Positions 52,797 through 63,987 of a stretch of DNA of 64,000 nt are shown one piece after another; the stretch's first letter is position 1, and each line of letters starts with the position of its first letter. The stretch is from IMG/VR virus record IMGVR_UViG_3300037067_023527, positions 1 to 64,000 of that record, one strand, 5' to 3'. Under the pieces are notes generated by a model. That model was not told where the DNA came from. It saw only the letters and a list, made by a program, of their open reading frames with translations, and did not search any database. This DNA comes from a virus. Taxonomy: Duplodnaviria; Caudoviricetes. A program made the position numbers and the translations under genes.

Positions 52797-53150
52797 ATGA
52801 ATATTGATTTCATAGACATTCTGATTGCAAGCCTCTGTGTGTGGCGCCTGGCGCACATGATAAAATACGAGGCCGGACCATGGGATATCTTCATCCGGAT
52901 CAGGGAGAGGCTTGGAACTGGAATGCTGGGGAAATTGATGGACTGCATCTGGTGCAGCTCAGTCTGGCTGGCAATAATATATTTTGTACCCGGTACAAAA
53001 TACCTCGTGATCCTGTTGGCAATTTCAGGCTTGGCGATATTACTGGAGGGATTGCATGTCTTGTTGTGGCGGTCAAAAGAGAAAACAATCACTAATTCTG
53101 GCATATCCCCAATTTACCGTGATTTATTTAGGATCAAACCCGACGTATAA
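52797..53150 (+). CDS. DUF1360-like membrane protein
   Basis: WRL......GP....R......L..C.WC.SVW. Confidence 0.7.
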   Translation: MNIDFIDILIASLCVWRLAHMIKYEAGPWDIFIRIRERLGTGMLGKLMDCIWCSSVWLAIIYFVPGTKYLVILLAISGLAILLEGLHVLLWRSKEKTITNSGISPIYRDLFRIKPDV

Positions 53151-53811
53151 GGTACAGGGCTCCATGACTCGACAATGGTACCGATTCCGTGGACAGAATT
53201 TCCAGGTGAAGATGGATAAACGAGATTGGGATTCCATGCAGGATCCAATGCTTAAACGGATATTATGAAAATACACTTAAAAACGAAGATCATGCCGGCT
53301 CCATTATCGATTTATCGAGGAAGCCGGCGCGGTGGGCTGGGAGCGCCACAGGAGTACCTTCCCGGATGGTGCAACCCACATCGGAGTTGAATGCCGCAGA
53401 TGATGGCGCCCGAGCCGGGCTCCGGGCGCAGCGGACAAAACTTAATTCTGGAGGAAAATATGAAACCAACGATCGGAAGAATAGTTATTTTCAAGTTGAC
53501 TGAAGAAATGGCGCACCAGATTAACCGGAGACGGACAATAGGGAGTTCGATCTCTGAAAGGATACAGCGAAATACTCCCAATGTGACACATTGGCCGCTT
53601 GGCGCACAGGCTCACATAGGAAATAACGCCCATCCTGGAGAGGAATATCCTCTGGTGGTAACGCGCGTGTGGCCTGATGAATTCGGTCCGGACGTTCCCG
53701 GAGTGAACGGTCAGGTATTGCTGGATGGCAACGACTGTCTCTGGGTGACAAGCGTTGGCGAAGGGCCAAACGAAGGCCAATGGCATTGGCCGGAAAGAGT
53801 TTAAAAACTAA

Positions 53812-53886
53812 GGCGGGGTGGAGCAGAGGTAGCTCGTTGGGCCCATAACCCAAAGGTCGCGAGTTCAAATCTCGCCCCCGCTCCCA
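53812..53886 (+). tRNA. tRNA-Met(CAT), initiator type
   Basis: Cloverleaf, GGG/CCC anticodon stem, GTTCAAATC T-loop, encoded CCA. Confidence 0.9.
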
Positions 53887-53887
53887 T

Positions 53888-53963
53888 GGGCTGATCGTCC
53901 AATTTGGCAAGACACCTGATTTGCATTCAGGAGATCGGGGTTCAAGTCCCCGTCGGTCCACCA
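53888..53963 (+). tRNA. tRNA-Ala(TGC)
   Basis: CCTGA-TTTGCAT-TCAGG anticodon arm, G3-U70, CCA. Confidence 0.9.
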
Positions 53964-54758
53964 GCAATCATAGGAGCTAACTTTGGCCAAAAAATTCATT
54001 CTTAGGCGAATCTATCTATGGTTTCGCGCTCGGTGGATGCTGCACAAGACTCTCATGAATGACAAGACCGCGCTCGAGCTGGTAAAAGACAGGGAAAAGG
54101 CCCTCATGGATAGAGAAGTCCTTAGATTCATTTCGCAACGGCAGTGCAGCGCAGTGCGCCAGGAGCAATGCATTGTGGAGAAGCCGAAGGATCTAAAAGA
54201 TTGGTGCCCGCGGTGCATAGCCTTGGATCACTTGGTCAATTATAGGGGATAAAATGGAAAAGCTTCAGTCTCCAGACGTCACTGTCCCTGCCATTGTGCA
54301 AGATCCAACGGAGCCGTGTCCGGTATGTTGTTTTGTGCCCACCGGAGGGGATACGCCGATTCTTCTTCGATGGAGAAGGCTAACTATAGGCCCGAGAGAA
54401 GAAACGGTTTATTGGCTTAGCGATGCCGGAGTATGGATATGCAAGGCTTGTCATCCTCCGGGGCATCCAGATTTGGTCAAAAGGGAAATAACTATTCGGG
54501 GCGTGGCCAAGCGGGAAGGCTCTCGGCCTGGGACTGAGGAATGCGCTGGTCCGAATCCAGCCGCTCCGACCATGGAAGAATTTATTATATAGTGGTGAAG
54601 TATGCCGAGAGTAGTAACGAAGCGGTGTAACAGGTGGGGGACTGGCAAAGAACTTGTTGGAAAAAACAAGACTATTGAAAGATCCCTTCTTCGCATTGAA
54701 CGCAGTGATCGTTGGCGCCGAGACAGAAATAAGCGCCGGCGGGAAAGGCAGAAGTTGA

Positions 54759-54944
54759 ATGGAAGACCTTAAGACTGGAGATGTTGTCAGGTTGAATAGC
54801 GGTGGACCTAAAATGACGGTAGAAAAGGTTCTCCTGGACGATCATTCTAACCGTATCATCCGATGCGCTTGGATGGATGATCCTGGGGCAATGCAGGTTC
54901 AAAGGGGTGAGTTTTACGAAGCAGAGGTAAGTAAAATCGCGTAA
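54759..54944 (+). CDS. DUF2158/YodC family protein
   Basis: GDVV.L.SGGP.MTV......C.W. Confidence 0.85.
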   Translation: MEDLKTGDVVRLNSGGPKMTVEKVLLDDHSNRIIRCAWMDDPGAMQVQRGEFYEAEVSKIA

Positions 54945-54945
54945 G

Positions 54946-55034
54946 GGAAGGGTCGCCTAACGGTATGGCACCCGGTTGCTAACCGGACGCTGGGGAAACC
55001 CGGCATAGAGGTTCGAGTCCTCTTCCTTCCGCCA
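54946..55034 (+). tRNA. tRNA-Ser(GCT)
   Basis: CCGG-TTGCTAA-CCGG, long variable arm, G73, CCA. Confidence 0.92.
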
Positions 55035-55294
55035 ATATCAGGATCAAATAATGAAGAATCTACGTCAAGTATGGGTCATCGAAGTGAGAGTAAATAAAGG
55101 ACCATGGATACCGGTTGAATCTAGGCTAACAAGATCTATGGCAAGGACAAGTTGCCATAATCTGCGTCCGCAATTCAACAAAAGGTTGAGCCGATTGCGG
55201 GTTAGTAAATATATTCCGGTTCCATAATTCAGGGGCCCTGCGAATAGGGAGCGCGGGTAAGCGGAAACTACATCCCTTTAAAACGGCCTCTTAA

Positions 55295-55370
55295 GGTTCC
55301 ATCGTCTAGTGGCCCAGGATGTCTGACTGTCGATCAGAGGACACGGGTTCGAATCCCGTTGGGACCGCCA
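55295..55370 (+). tRNA. tRNA-Asp(GTC)
   Basis: TCTGA-CTGTCGA-TCAGA, GTTCGAATC, G73, CCA. Confidence 0.92.
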
Positions 55371-56479
55371 AAGGGGAAGTAAAATGGAATACGAAAGAGG
55401 CCCATTTTCAATTAAAAGCAGGCCAGTTCCGGATGATACCGTAGATAGATGGTCTGCTTATCCCATCGATAGTCAGATACACAGGGAACAGAAGCTTCCA
55501 TGCCTTGTATCTAAGTCTCAGGAGAAGATAAACCAGATGGTCGATTTCGTTCTGGAACTACCGATCGAGGAACGTCCCGACGGATCAGACGCGGCGGCTT
55601 GGAATAAACTACTCGAGGAGCGCGGAATCATACCGTAATGTACCATGCAAAAATTGTTTCAAGTAGGGGTTTTCACGGAATTCCGCGACGGCCGCAAGCC
55701 ACTTATCTCTGCCTATACCACTTGGTTCAATCCCGAGTGGGAAGGATGCTGCGTTCATGGAATAAGAGCCAATTCCGGTGCAGAGGCTAAAAAAATGGCA
55801 ATCGAAGATCATAAGAAAAGATGCCTGGATAAAATGGAGGCAAAGCATGCCCGGCGCGAAGGGATCTAGAGCGATTCTAACAATTAAAGATGCCAGCCTG
55901 ATGTCGCAAGATAGTCGCAGGGAACTGGCTGCATGGTTGAATCTGCGCGCTGCCAATCTGATTACCAATGGAGCTGGATACGAAACTATTCAAACATTCG
56001 AATATCTAGTGAGGAGAACTGATCGAAAATGTCAGTCCTGATCGCCTATAAAAACAACCCCGACAAAAAACCCCTCATCGACCTTCTGGATGAACCAATT
56101 CATCTCGTACTGGCCAAAGACATGGCCGAAGCCCGTTTCATCTGTCAGGGAGATCTGAAAAACTGCGAAACCAATATCTTTGAGGGGAAAGAGGTTAAGA
56201 ACTGGAGGGATCCTGTTTTTCCGTGGGATGTTACAGTTGATCTTATCACCTGCAGTGATCTTATCCAGAAATACGGCGGCCAAAGAGAGGCGACGATCGC
56301 CTATTTAGAAGATCGTATGACGCCATCGGAAGAGTTGGCGGTTGCCATGAAGTTCAGTCAGGCAATCGTGCTCACCTTTGCCGCGGAACACTTCTCCAGG
56401 AAGATAGCCGAATTTCTCCGGGTTATCCGGGAAGCCAAGGATAGATGCAAGGTTCCGATGGGCTAAACGAGACAAATCA

Positions 56480-57061
56480 TTGAGGTTATATCACCCGTGG
56501 TACAAGGATAAGAAAAGTGGATTTATCCATCGGTCAAGTCCATGGTGGATCACCTATTACGAGAATGGAATCAGGATTCGTCGACGTGCGACCAAGGAAG
56601 AAATAGAGAGGGAATGCGAAATGAACCTTCAGCCGGCAATACAGGAAATAAAAACTTACAAACAGGCCCTTGAGAAGAAAATTCATGATATCGATGAAGC
56701 CTTGTCGGTGCTAGAGAGGTTGAACATCGAAATGCCCTCTCAGTTAACTATCCCAAAAGAAACCCCTTTTGAGGCTGAGGTTGCCGTAACCCCCAGGGTT
56801 AATGTGGAAAAGGACAAGCAGGCTCAGAAACCTTTTCCCATGCCTCCCGCTGCATCGAGTCGGGTATCATGCGCAATGTGCCATTGCACATTCTCAAGTC
56901 AGTCCAGCCTTGAATCTCATAACAGTATTTGTCACCCGGCCGAGGGAGAGCCTAACCATAATCCCGTTGGCAAGCATAAATGCTCGTATTGCGCTAAGAA
57001 ATTCAACACTTCGGTCGGACTCAATGAGCATATTGAGCTGAGGCACGAAAAGGAGAAGTAA
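56480..57061 (+). CDS. Protein with two C2H2 zinc fingers
   Basis: CAMC...F.....L..H....H and CSYC.K.F.....L..H....H. Confidence 0.65.
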   Translation: MRLYHPWYKDKKSGFIHRSSPWWITYYENGIRIRRRATKEEIERECEMNLQPAIQEIKTYKQALEKKIHDIDEALSVLERLNIEMPSQLTIPKETPFEAEVAVTPRVNVEKDKQAQKPFPMPPAASSRVSCAMCHCTFSSQSSLESHNSICHPAEGEPNHNPVGKHKCSYCAKKFNTSVGLNEHIELRHEKEK

Positions 57062-57386
57062 ATGCCATCAAAAAAAGGTGAAAGCGATGTATTTATGAAG
57101 GGGATACACGGAATCCGCTGGACCGGGTACAAAGAATCGCAGGACAATGTTTGTCTTATAGGACAATGGGTTGCCATAACAAAGACTGGCAAGGTGGCTT
57201 GGGCCACAACTAATGGAGTGACCTCGATCGGGGTTATGGAACGGGCAGTTGAACGATTCTATATTCCAGACCCGGAATGGAAGCCAATCAACCTATTTTC
57301 CAGCGGAGCGGAAAAAGAGGAAAGAAAACAGCAGACATTGGCTTTGCTCATTAAATTCATCGAAAGTCTTGATCCTAAGGAGTGGC

Positions 57387-57698
57387 ATGAGGAATCGCCC
57401 GAAACTGTGTAATCGGGGACACGCTTTGGTGCAGGGGAATATTGCTCCAGACGGGACCTGTCTTAAATGCCAAGGACAATTTATCGGCACAGGGGGGGTG
57501 CCCAATAAGGACCGCACCCATTGCATATGGGGTCACTTGTTCACGTCGACAAACGTGCGCGTGTTTAAGGATGCAGACGGCCGGGAGCATCGGAGATGCA
57601 TGCAATGCGAGGCTGAGCGCGCGATCGCGCGCTACTGGAACAAGATCAAAGACGTCAAACATCCTCGGAGCACTCCGGGTCGGCCGAGAAAATATTGA
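57387..57698 (+). CDS. Zn-finger protein (C..GH...C..C repeats)
   Basis: CNRGH...CLKC; THCIWGH...RRCMQC. Confidence 0.6.
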   Translation: MRNRPKLCNRGHALVQGNIAPDGTCLKCQGQFIGTGGVPNKDRTHCIWGHLFTSTNVRVFKDADGREHRRCMQCEAERAIARYWNKIKDVKHPRSTPGRPRKY

Positions 57699-58247
57699 CT
57701 ATTTGCCCTAAATAGATGTAATTTCATTGCATCGGAGAAATATTCGTCATGAGTGATCTGATAATTCAGATTTCCAACAACTCAGTGCAATTATCCCTAT
57801 TTTTGTTTTTTTTCGCTTTGGCCATGGCTGGATTAGCATGGTCCATCGTGGCTTTTGCCCGTTTGTTTCAGCTTCAAATTGCAACAAATGTCGCCATCAC
57901 TCGGGAGATTTCAGCCATTCAACATGCCTTGGCAGCGCCAATTCAACCTGGCGTTCCTCAGGCTACTGCCTTTGTTCCTTCGTCAGAACAAAGCCCAGCC
58001 GCCGCTCCGGTAAAAAGGGGCAAGATACCCAAAATGCCGGAAGGTGAAATAATCCTCCCAACTGATTCTGATTTAGCTGATCAGGAAACTATCAGGAATA
58101 TGCGTACTCAATCCATTGTTGAACAGGGGATGTCAGATGAGTCTCTTCAGCAACACATAGAAGAGCTTAGGCAGCAGGGCTTTCCAGACGAACGGGTTTA
58201 ATCGGGAGCAGCTCAGTCAACTACAGGACAAGTAATTGACGTGACGA

Positions 58248-60230
58248 TTGGCTCTACATCGCGCAAATAGAGAGCTCATTGAGCCTATCCAAAAGCTCGA
58301 AGCTCGATACGCAGAAGCCGGGAAAGATTTTCGTGCAGCGTGGAATTCGCTGGATGGGGATGATGTCGCTTTCGCTGTCCGCGAAATCAATCGTTGCCTG
58401 AAAGATCCGACTTATTATTTAGAAAACTACCATTTCATCCGCAGGAAAAACCTCACCCTCGCAACGATTTTCCCTCTGTATGACGCTCAGCAACTTCTTC
58501 TGAATGAATTCATGAGGCAGTTCAATCTGAATGAGGCTATTAGGATCATCGTCCTGAAGGCGAGACAGATGGGGATTACAACCATCAGCGTTGCATTTAT
58601 GTGCTGGCTCGTTTTCCTCCATCCGATGTGCCATGTCATTTCCATGAGCGACACAGAGGACAAGGTGGAGATGAATTTCGGCATGGCCAGGACCGCCTAT
58701 AAATTGTTGCCATGGTGGATGAAGCCGGAAAAGCGGTACGATCAAATGCCCATCCTGCTCGGGTTCGATCGCATCAAGTCTGAGGACCGCGAGGAATCTC
58801 CCGGACTGGAAGCAAAACTGTTCTTTGAATCTGCGAATAAACCCTCCGGAGCTGCATACTCCAAATCTCTCTATGGAGCTCACCTGGCTGAGATCGGCCG
58901 GTACAACAACGCGAAACCGATCACTGAAGGGATTTTTGGTTCCCTGGTTGGATTCGCGCACTCGGTAGGCATTCTCGAGGGCACCGCTCAAGGCCGGCAC
59001 ACGATTTTCCATAAACTCTGGAAAAAAGCTGAAGAGGGAAAGTTCTGGGCGCCCGTCTTCATGGAATGGTTTCGAGAGGCCGGATATACAATGGCTGTGC
59101 CGGCGAACTTCCAGAGAACCTATGAAGAAAAAATGATTGTCCAAAAGGTCGAGGAAGAGTGCCAATACAAACTGAGCGATGGCCAATTGATGTGGCGCCG
59201 TGAAAAATATTCCGAATTTGAAGCGGCCGGAGAGGAAGAAGCCTTCCCCCAGGAATTCCCTCTCACTCCGGAAGAAGCGTTTGTTTCTAGCGGACTGACC
59301 GCATTTCCTAAAAAACGTCTCAAAGAGATGCTTTTGAACTTCGGCCGAAAGGCGAAATGGATCGGAGAAATAAAACTCGATCAGAAGGACAACAGAACTC
59401 CAATTCTTTGGCCGTATCTTGAAGGCAATTTCCAAATGTGGGAATTTCCTCAAGCCGGCATGAAGTATCAGGTTGGAGCTGATTGCGCTCTGGGAATCGA
59501 TGGAGCCGATTATTCCTGCGCTCAGGTTTACGCGATCCCGGACGATATTAAACAACCTCTTCGCCAGGTTGCGCGCTGGCGCGGGTACATGCCTCCGACA
59601 GAGTATGCCCGGGTGCTGTGCGCGATCGGGTATCTTTACAACGGCGCCGAACTCGCCCCGGAATGCAACAAGATCGATTCTGTGGCTTCGGATGCGTCCA
59701 AAGTCATCATGTATCCCAGCGTGTATCGATGGATACGCGAGGACAAAATCAAAAATCAGCAGTCGATGTTCATCGGCTGGCTCACCACCAACAAAACCAA
59801 AAACGGCCTTATCGGCCGCATGCGCGATGCTCTTCTGGGTTGGACCGTCATTATCCGATGCCCGGAAGATATAGACGAAATGTTTGATTTTGTTGAGACT
59901 GATCCCGGATCCAACACATTTGGCGCCCGGGAAGGCGCCCATGATGATACCGTCATGGCCAACTTAATTGCATATTACACAGCCGTCCAGCTCCGGCCGA
60001 GATGGGCGATCGATGAAGATGCGGATCAAAAGGAACTCCACTGCAGCAAATGCCACAAAATCATTTTAGGCACCAAGCCCGGCATCAGATGCACTGTACC
60101 CGGGTGCGATGGAATCCTCGAGGAAGGACCGAAAGCGGATTTCCAAAATACGGATTATTCGCCGATTTATGACAAGGAAGGTCAAGACAACGACCCAATG
60201 GCAGGAACGCCCAGCTTTATGGAGTTATAA
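58248..60230 (+). CDS. terL: Terminase large subunit
   Basis: LKARQMGITT Walker A, HLAE Walker B, EGTA, GAD nuclease Asp, HDDTVMA. Confidence 0.93.
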   Translation: MALHRANRELIEPIQKLEARYAEAGKDFRAAWNSLDGDDVAFAVREINRCLKDPTYYLENYHFIRRKNLTLATIFPLYDAQQLLLNEFMRQFNLNEAIRIIVLKARQMGITTISVAFMCWLVFLHPMCHVISMSDTEDKVEMNFGMARTAYKLLPWWMKPEKRYDQMPILLGFDRIKSEDREESPGLEAKLFFESANKPSGAAYSKSLYGAHLAEIGRYNNAKPITEGIFGSLVGFAHSVGILEGTAQGRHTIFHKLWKKAEEGKFWAPVFMEWFREAGYTMAVPANFQRTYEEKMIVQKVEEECQYKLSDGQLMWRREKYSEFEAAGEEEAFPQEFPLTPEEAFVSSGLTAFPKKRLKEMLLNFGRKAKWIGEIKLDQKDNRTPILWPYLEGNFQMWEFPQAGMKYQVGADCALGIDGADYSCAQVYAIPDDIKQPLRQVARWRGYMPPTEYARVLCAIGYLYNGAELAPECNKIDSVASDASKVIMYPSVYRWIREDKIKNQQSMFIGWLTTNKTKNGLIGRMRDALLGWTVIIRCPEDIDEMFDFVETDPGSNTFGAREGAHDDTVMANLIAYYTAVQLRPRWAIDEDADQKELHCSKCHKIILGTKPGIRCTVPGCDGILEEGPKADFQNTDYSPIYDKEGQDNDPMAGTPSFMEL

Positions 60231-61722
60231 CCATGCCTAAACCTTCAGCGCCCGGACCAACGCTTTGTCCGGATTGTTTTCTGTTCCAGGGTATCGATAC
60301 GCCTATCATTTCTCGCGCCGGAGCCACGTTGCGATGCTCAGCCGGGCATACGTGGCCGGGCAATGATGTTGTGTCAGATATGGAGATTTTCCAGCAACGA
60401 CAAGATCTCGCCCGTAAGAAACGGGCTGCAGTCGAAGCCCAGAGCAATCCGAATGCTGTCCAAGAACCAGTAGAAACCACAAAAATTGGGGTTGCTCCTG
60501 GGTTGGGCAGACAGATTGCAATCAACGAGGAAGACCACGATCGAATAGCCAAGTTGATTGGCGAGTTCGGCGACGGAGCCACCCTGTATGGCACGATCAT
60601 GTCGCTCACAATGGACCTGAAAGGCGTTCAGGATGAACTCAATAAAGCGCGCAAAGCCGCGGCGCCCGGAGCAGCCGCTGCGCTCAATCCAAAACTTGAA
60701 CTTCTGGCCACTGGGGATCTGCCGGTTACGATCATCGTTCCGGAAAGATACGTCCAGCCGCTGAAGGACATTGCAGAGGCCAACAGTTGCGAGGTCCCCG
60801 ACTATATGAATTCAGTCATTGCCAATGGGTTTGACGGGGGTTGGTTCTTCTGAGTTAAATATGTGCAAACACGGGACATATGGAACGGTCAAAATAGATG
60901 GCGTATCGCTTAATACAGTAGACGCTTGCATTGTTCCAATAGTGCAGGCGCTTAACGATTCCGGGTTTAAAACGATTGCTTCATGCTGTGGTCACGGGAA
61001 TATGCCTGGATCAATTGCTTTGAGAGACGGCCGGGAAATACTCATAGCCCGTAACTACGATGAAGCAAGAAAGATGGAGAGTGTTTGTCCGACCGATATT
61101 CATGGAGTTACCAGAAGGAAATTTATAGGAGAATCCAAATGATAGATCCTAACAAAGAAGCAAATTTGCGTCCGCTCAGTCCCGGATGCACCCCTAATCC
61201 CAGCATGGATCATCCAATTATGCACCGTGGATGGAATATCTATAAATGGACAGGATGGAAAGGTAACACGTCGATCTTCGAAGACGCCGATCATGTGACT
61301 AATAGATTCCCGGTCAAATGTTCAGAATGCGGCAAACCCTTTCAGGCTGGAGACCGGTTTATCGAAACCCAGGCGACCGACAATATTTTCCACTTCGAAT
61401 GCTCCAATAGCCAAATTAAGGGACAAATGATCGGGCAGTGGGTGGCTTTTAAATTGGGAGCCAACAAAGACCATAGCGATGATCAATTTGCATACGCCGG
61501 CGTTCCTGGTAATCAAGGTCCCTTTAATAGGGGGGATGCATTTTTGGTTATTCCTCAAGGTTTGCAGGAGGCATTATATCCTGACACGCCTCAGGAAAAA
61601 TTAGAACAAGCGCGCGAAGAAGGCCTCGTCAGACTCAAAGCGGTGATCGATGAGATAGAAAACGCAGCCAATTGACGTAGGGACTTGACATCAGTCGCGC
61701 ACAATAATTGAGGAGGTTCGCC

Positions 61723-62106
61723 ATGCCTATGTATGAGGCGGAGTGCACCGTCTGCAAAAGCTATTTTGAGTATTATTCCGCTCACATTACGGAATTCACC
61801 AATCCATGCCCTAAGTGCGGTGGAAAAGCAGATAGGCTTTTTAGCACCTACAGCCCAAAATTTTTCACCCCGTTTACGACCCGGAATATAGATCCGTCTG
61901 GAATGCCGATTCTCGTCAAATCTCAGAGGCAACTTTCCAGTCTGTGCAACGAACATAAACTCATTCACCACGACGATCCGAAGTGGCAGCCAAAACCGCG
62001 CCAGGCGCCCAATATCCATGATGCATTTGGGTCCAAGGATTTGGCTGAAGCACTCCGCGGCGTTGAAGGTGGAGCCTGCAGGCAGGAGGAACTTCTTGCC
62101 CCCTAA
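61723..62106 (+). CDS. FmdB-like Zn-ribbon protein
   Basis: MPMYE.EC..C...FE.........CP.CG....R.FS; common before portal genes. Confidence 0.8.
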   Translation: MPMYEAECTVCKSYFEYYSAHITEFTNPCPKCGGKADRLFSTYSPKFFTPFTTRNIDPSGMPILVKSQRQLSSLCNEHKLIHHDDPKWQPKPRQAPNIHDAFGSKDLAEALRGVEGGACRQEELLAP

Positions 62107-62118
62107 GAGAAAGCTATT

Positions 62119-63987
62119 ATGACTCTTCCGGCTTGGTTTTCATTTGATTATGCTGGCAATCACACTGTCGACACCCTTAAAAACCATCAGGTTTATACCC
62201 GTCGATGGTGCAACTCGGTTTACGATGAAGCCAAAGTTGAGCAGGAGCAATGCGAAGAGATCATCGAGATCGACAAGCACATTCGCTATCTGATGGGAAA
62301 ACAATGGCCAGAGAAGAGGCCTACGTACAAAGCCAGCCCGGTTGCCAACCGAACATGGACGAACATGATCCAGTTGGTTTCCTATCTGACCGATATCCGG
62401 CAGTCGTTCGAAGTCCAGGCCCGAGACCGTTCCTACAATAACACGGCCGAAAAGCTCAACAGAATGGCCAGGTCGTGGTTTGTCGATAATGACGTCGACG
62501 TGACTACCGCCATGGTAATCATCTATTCCGCACTGACAACAGGATATGCGCGTCAGGTGTGGAATCAGGATCTTAATTCCGGAGAGGGCGATATTGAATT
62601 AACCGCCTGTGGACCTCTGGATGTGATGCCGATCAAACCCAGCCAAAAACTCCAGGATGCATACGGGCTTATTTACGAAAAGCCGATGCCGCTTGCATGG
62701 TTTCAAGAAAAGTTTCCAATTTTCGGAGACCTTGTAAGACCGGATGAGCGGTATAGCCGGTACAAAGGACGAACGACCTCTTTCGCCAATCAAGCTTTCT
62801 GGTACCTTGGGGCGGCATATCGAAGATTATTTGGATTGACGGAAAACCCCACCGTTTCCTCTGTCATTCCAATGGGCAGATATCGGGAGTTTTGGCTGAA
62901 GGACCATAGCATTAATACCTCCAACGTAGAAGTTTATGTCGGAGATATGACCAAGGGCACCGGGTATTTTGTTCAACCGCGCGGCCGGCTATATCCACGC
63001 GGCCGGCTGATCATCATGGGTGGAGATGTGGTGCTTTTTGATGGTCCCAACCCCTTTTGGCATGGACGGTTCCCGTTCTCAGCTCTGCGCATCAACCAAG
63101 TGCCCTGGCAATGGCCGGGCGTCTCTGAATTTAGAAACCAGATACCGATGCAGGATGTCATGAACAACATCCTGGCCGGCATTCTGGATATGGTGAAAAA
63201 GGCAGTCAATCCGCCGATGAGCGCCCCCCTGAATGCTTTCTCTGACGCAATGCGTAAAACCATGGATCCCAACATGCCGGGCGCCAGACTCTATTACAAT
63301 CCAGGAGCTGGGCAACCGCCTACTTGGGCTCAGATCGCGCAGCTTCCATCGTTTGTGTTCGAAACCATGATGTATGCCCGCGAGGAACTGACCGCCCAAA
63401 CCGGTTTCATTGACCCGTCCGCGGCAATGAACAAAAAGATCATTCCATCGGCAGATACGCTCGAGTCTCTTGGACAGAACCAACAAACCCTGGTCCGTTT
63501 GAAGGTGAGATACATTGAAGCCTTCTTCCGCGAGGTTGGAGAACAGTGGGTGGCCAATTCGTTTCAGTATCTGCGAGTGAAACGCAGGATTCTTTCCATG
63601 GGCCTCGATGGTCTCATATGGACTGATTGGACTTGGGATCCGAGAGAAATTACTCCAGAGCCTCTCAATCCATATGATCACTGGAGAAGTTATAAGTGGA
63701 CCGTCATGCCAGGATCATTGTTGAAGAGCTCGAGAGAGCCCGATCAGGCAAAAGCAATGAGACTGCGCCAGCAAGGAGACATGGATCGCAAGAATCTCTA
63801 CAAGATCCTCGACCTTGAATCTCTTACTGAGTCTGTGGAACGTAACCTTAAGGCTGAAGGCGCCGATATTTTGACCAATATGCTACGTCAAAAGATGTCC
63901 ATGACGGCGGGCGGCGGCGGGTTGAGTCCCGAGGCGCTTGAACAGCTAAATCAGGCAACGACTGCACGTCCGGAGCCAATAAATTAA
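62119..63987 (+). CDS. Portal protein (P22-like)
   Basis: 622 aa downstream of terL; G.QW, NP..HG.FPF, G.......Q...N pattern. Confidence 0.8.
   Translation: MTLPAWFSFDYAGNHTVDTLKNHQVYTRRWCNSVYDEAKVEQEQCEEIIEIDKHIRYLMGKQWPEKRPTYKASPVANRTWTNMIQLVSYLTDIRQSFEVQARDRSYNNTAEKLNRMARSWFVDNDVDVTTAMVIIYSALTTGYARQVWNQDLNSGEGDIELTACGPLDVMPIKPSQKLQDAYGLIYEKPMPLAWFQEKFPIFGDLVRPDERYSRYKGRTTSFANQAFWYLGAAYRRLFGLTENPTVSSVIPMGRYREFWLKDHSINTSNVEVYVGDMTKGTGYFVQPRGRLYPRGRLIIMGGDVVLFDGPNPFWHGRFPFSALRINQVPWQWPGVSEFRNQIPMQDVMNNILAGILDMVKKAVNPPMSAPLNAFSDAMRKTMDPNMPGARLYYNPGAGQPPTWAQIAQLPSFVFETMMYAREELTAQTGFIDPSAAMNKKIIPSADTLESLGQNQQTLVRLKVRYIEAFFREVGEQWVANSFQYLRVKRRILSMGLDGLIWTDWTWDPREITPEPLNPYDHWRSYKWTVMPGSLLKSSREPDQAKAMRLRQQGDMDRKNLYKILDLESLTESVERNLKAEGADILTNMLRQKMSMTAGGGGLSPEALEQLNQATTARPEPIN

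Noticed and set aside
379-53002. GTAC-N-GTAC palindrome as a LexA box
   Set aside because: Spacing varies (2-4 nt between GTAC halves) and most copies are intragenic; cannot be assigned without knowing the host.
53521-53967. Minus-strand ORF over the tRNA genes
   Set aside because: It is the reverse complement of tRNA-Met and tRNA-Ala.
58419-59942. 507-aa minus-strand ORF
   Set aside because: Antisense shadow of terL.
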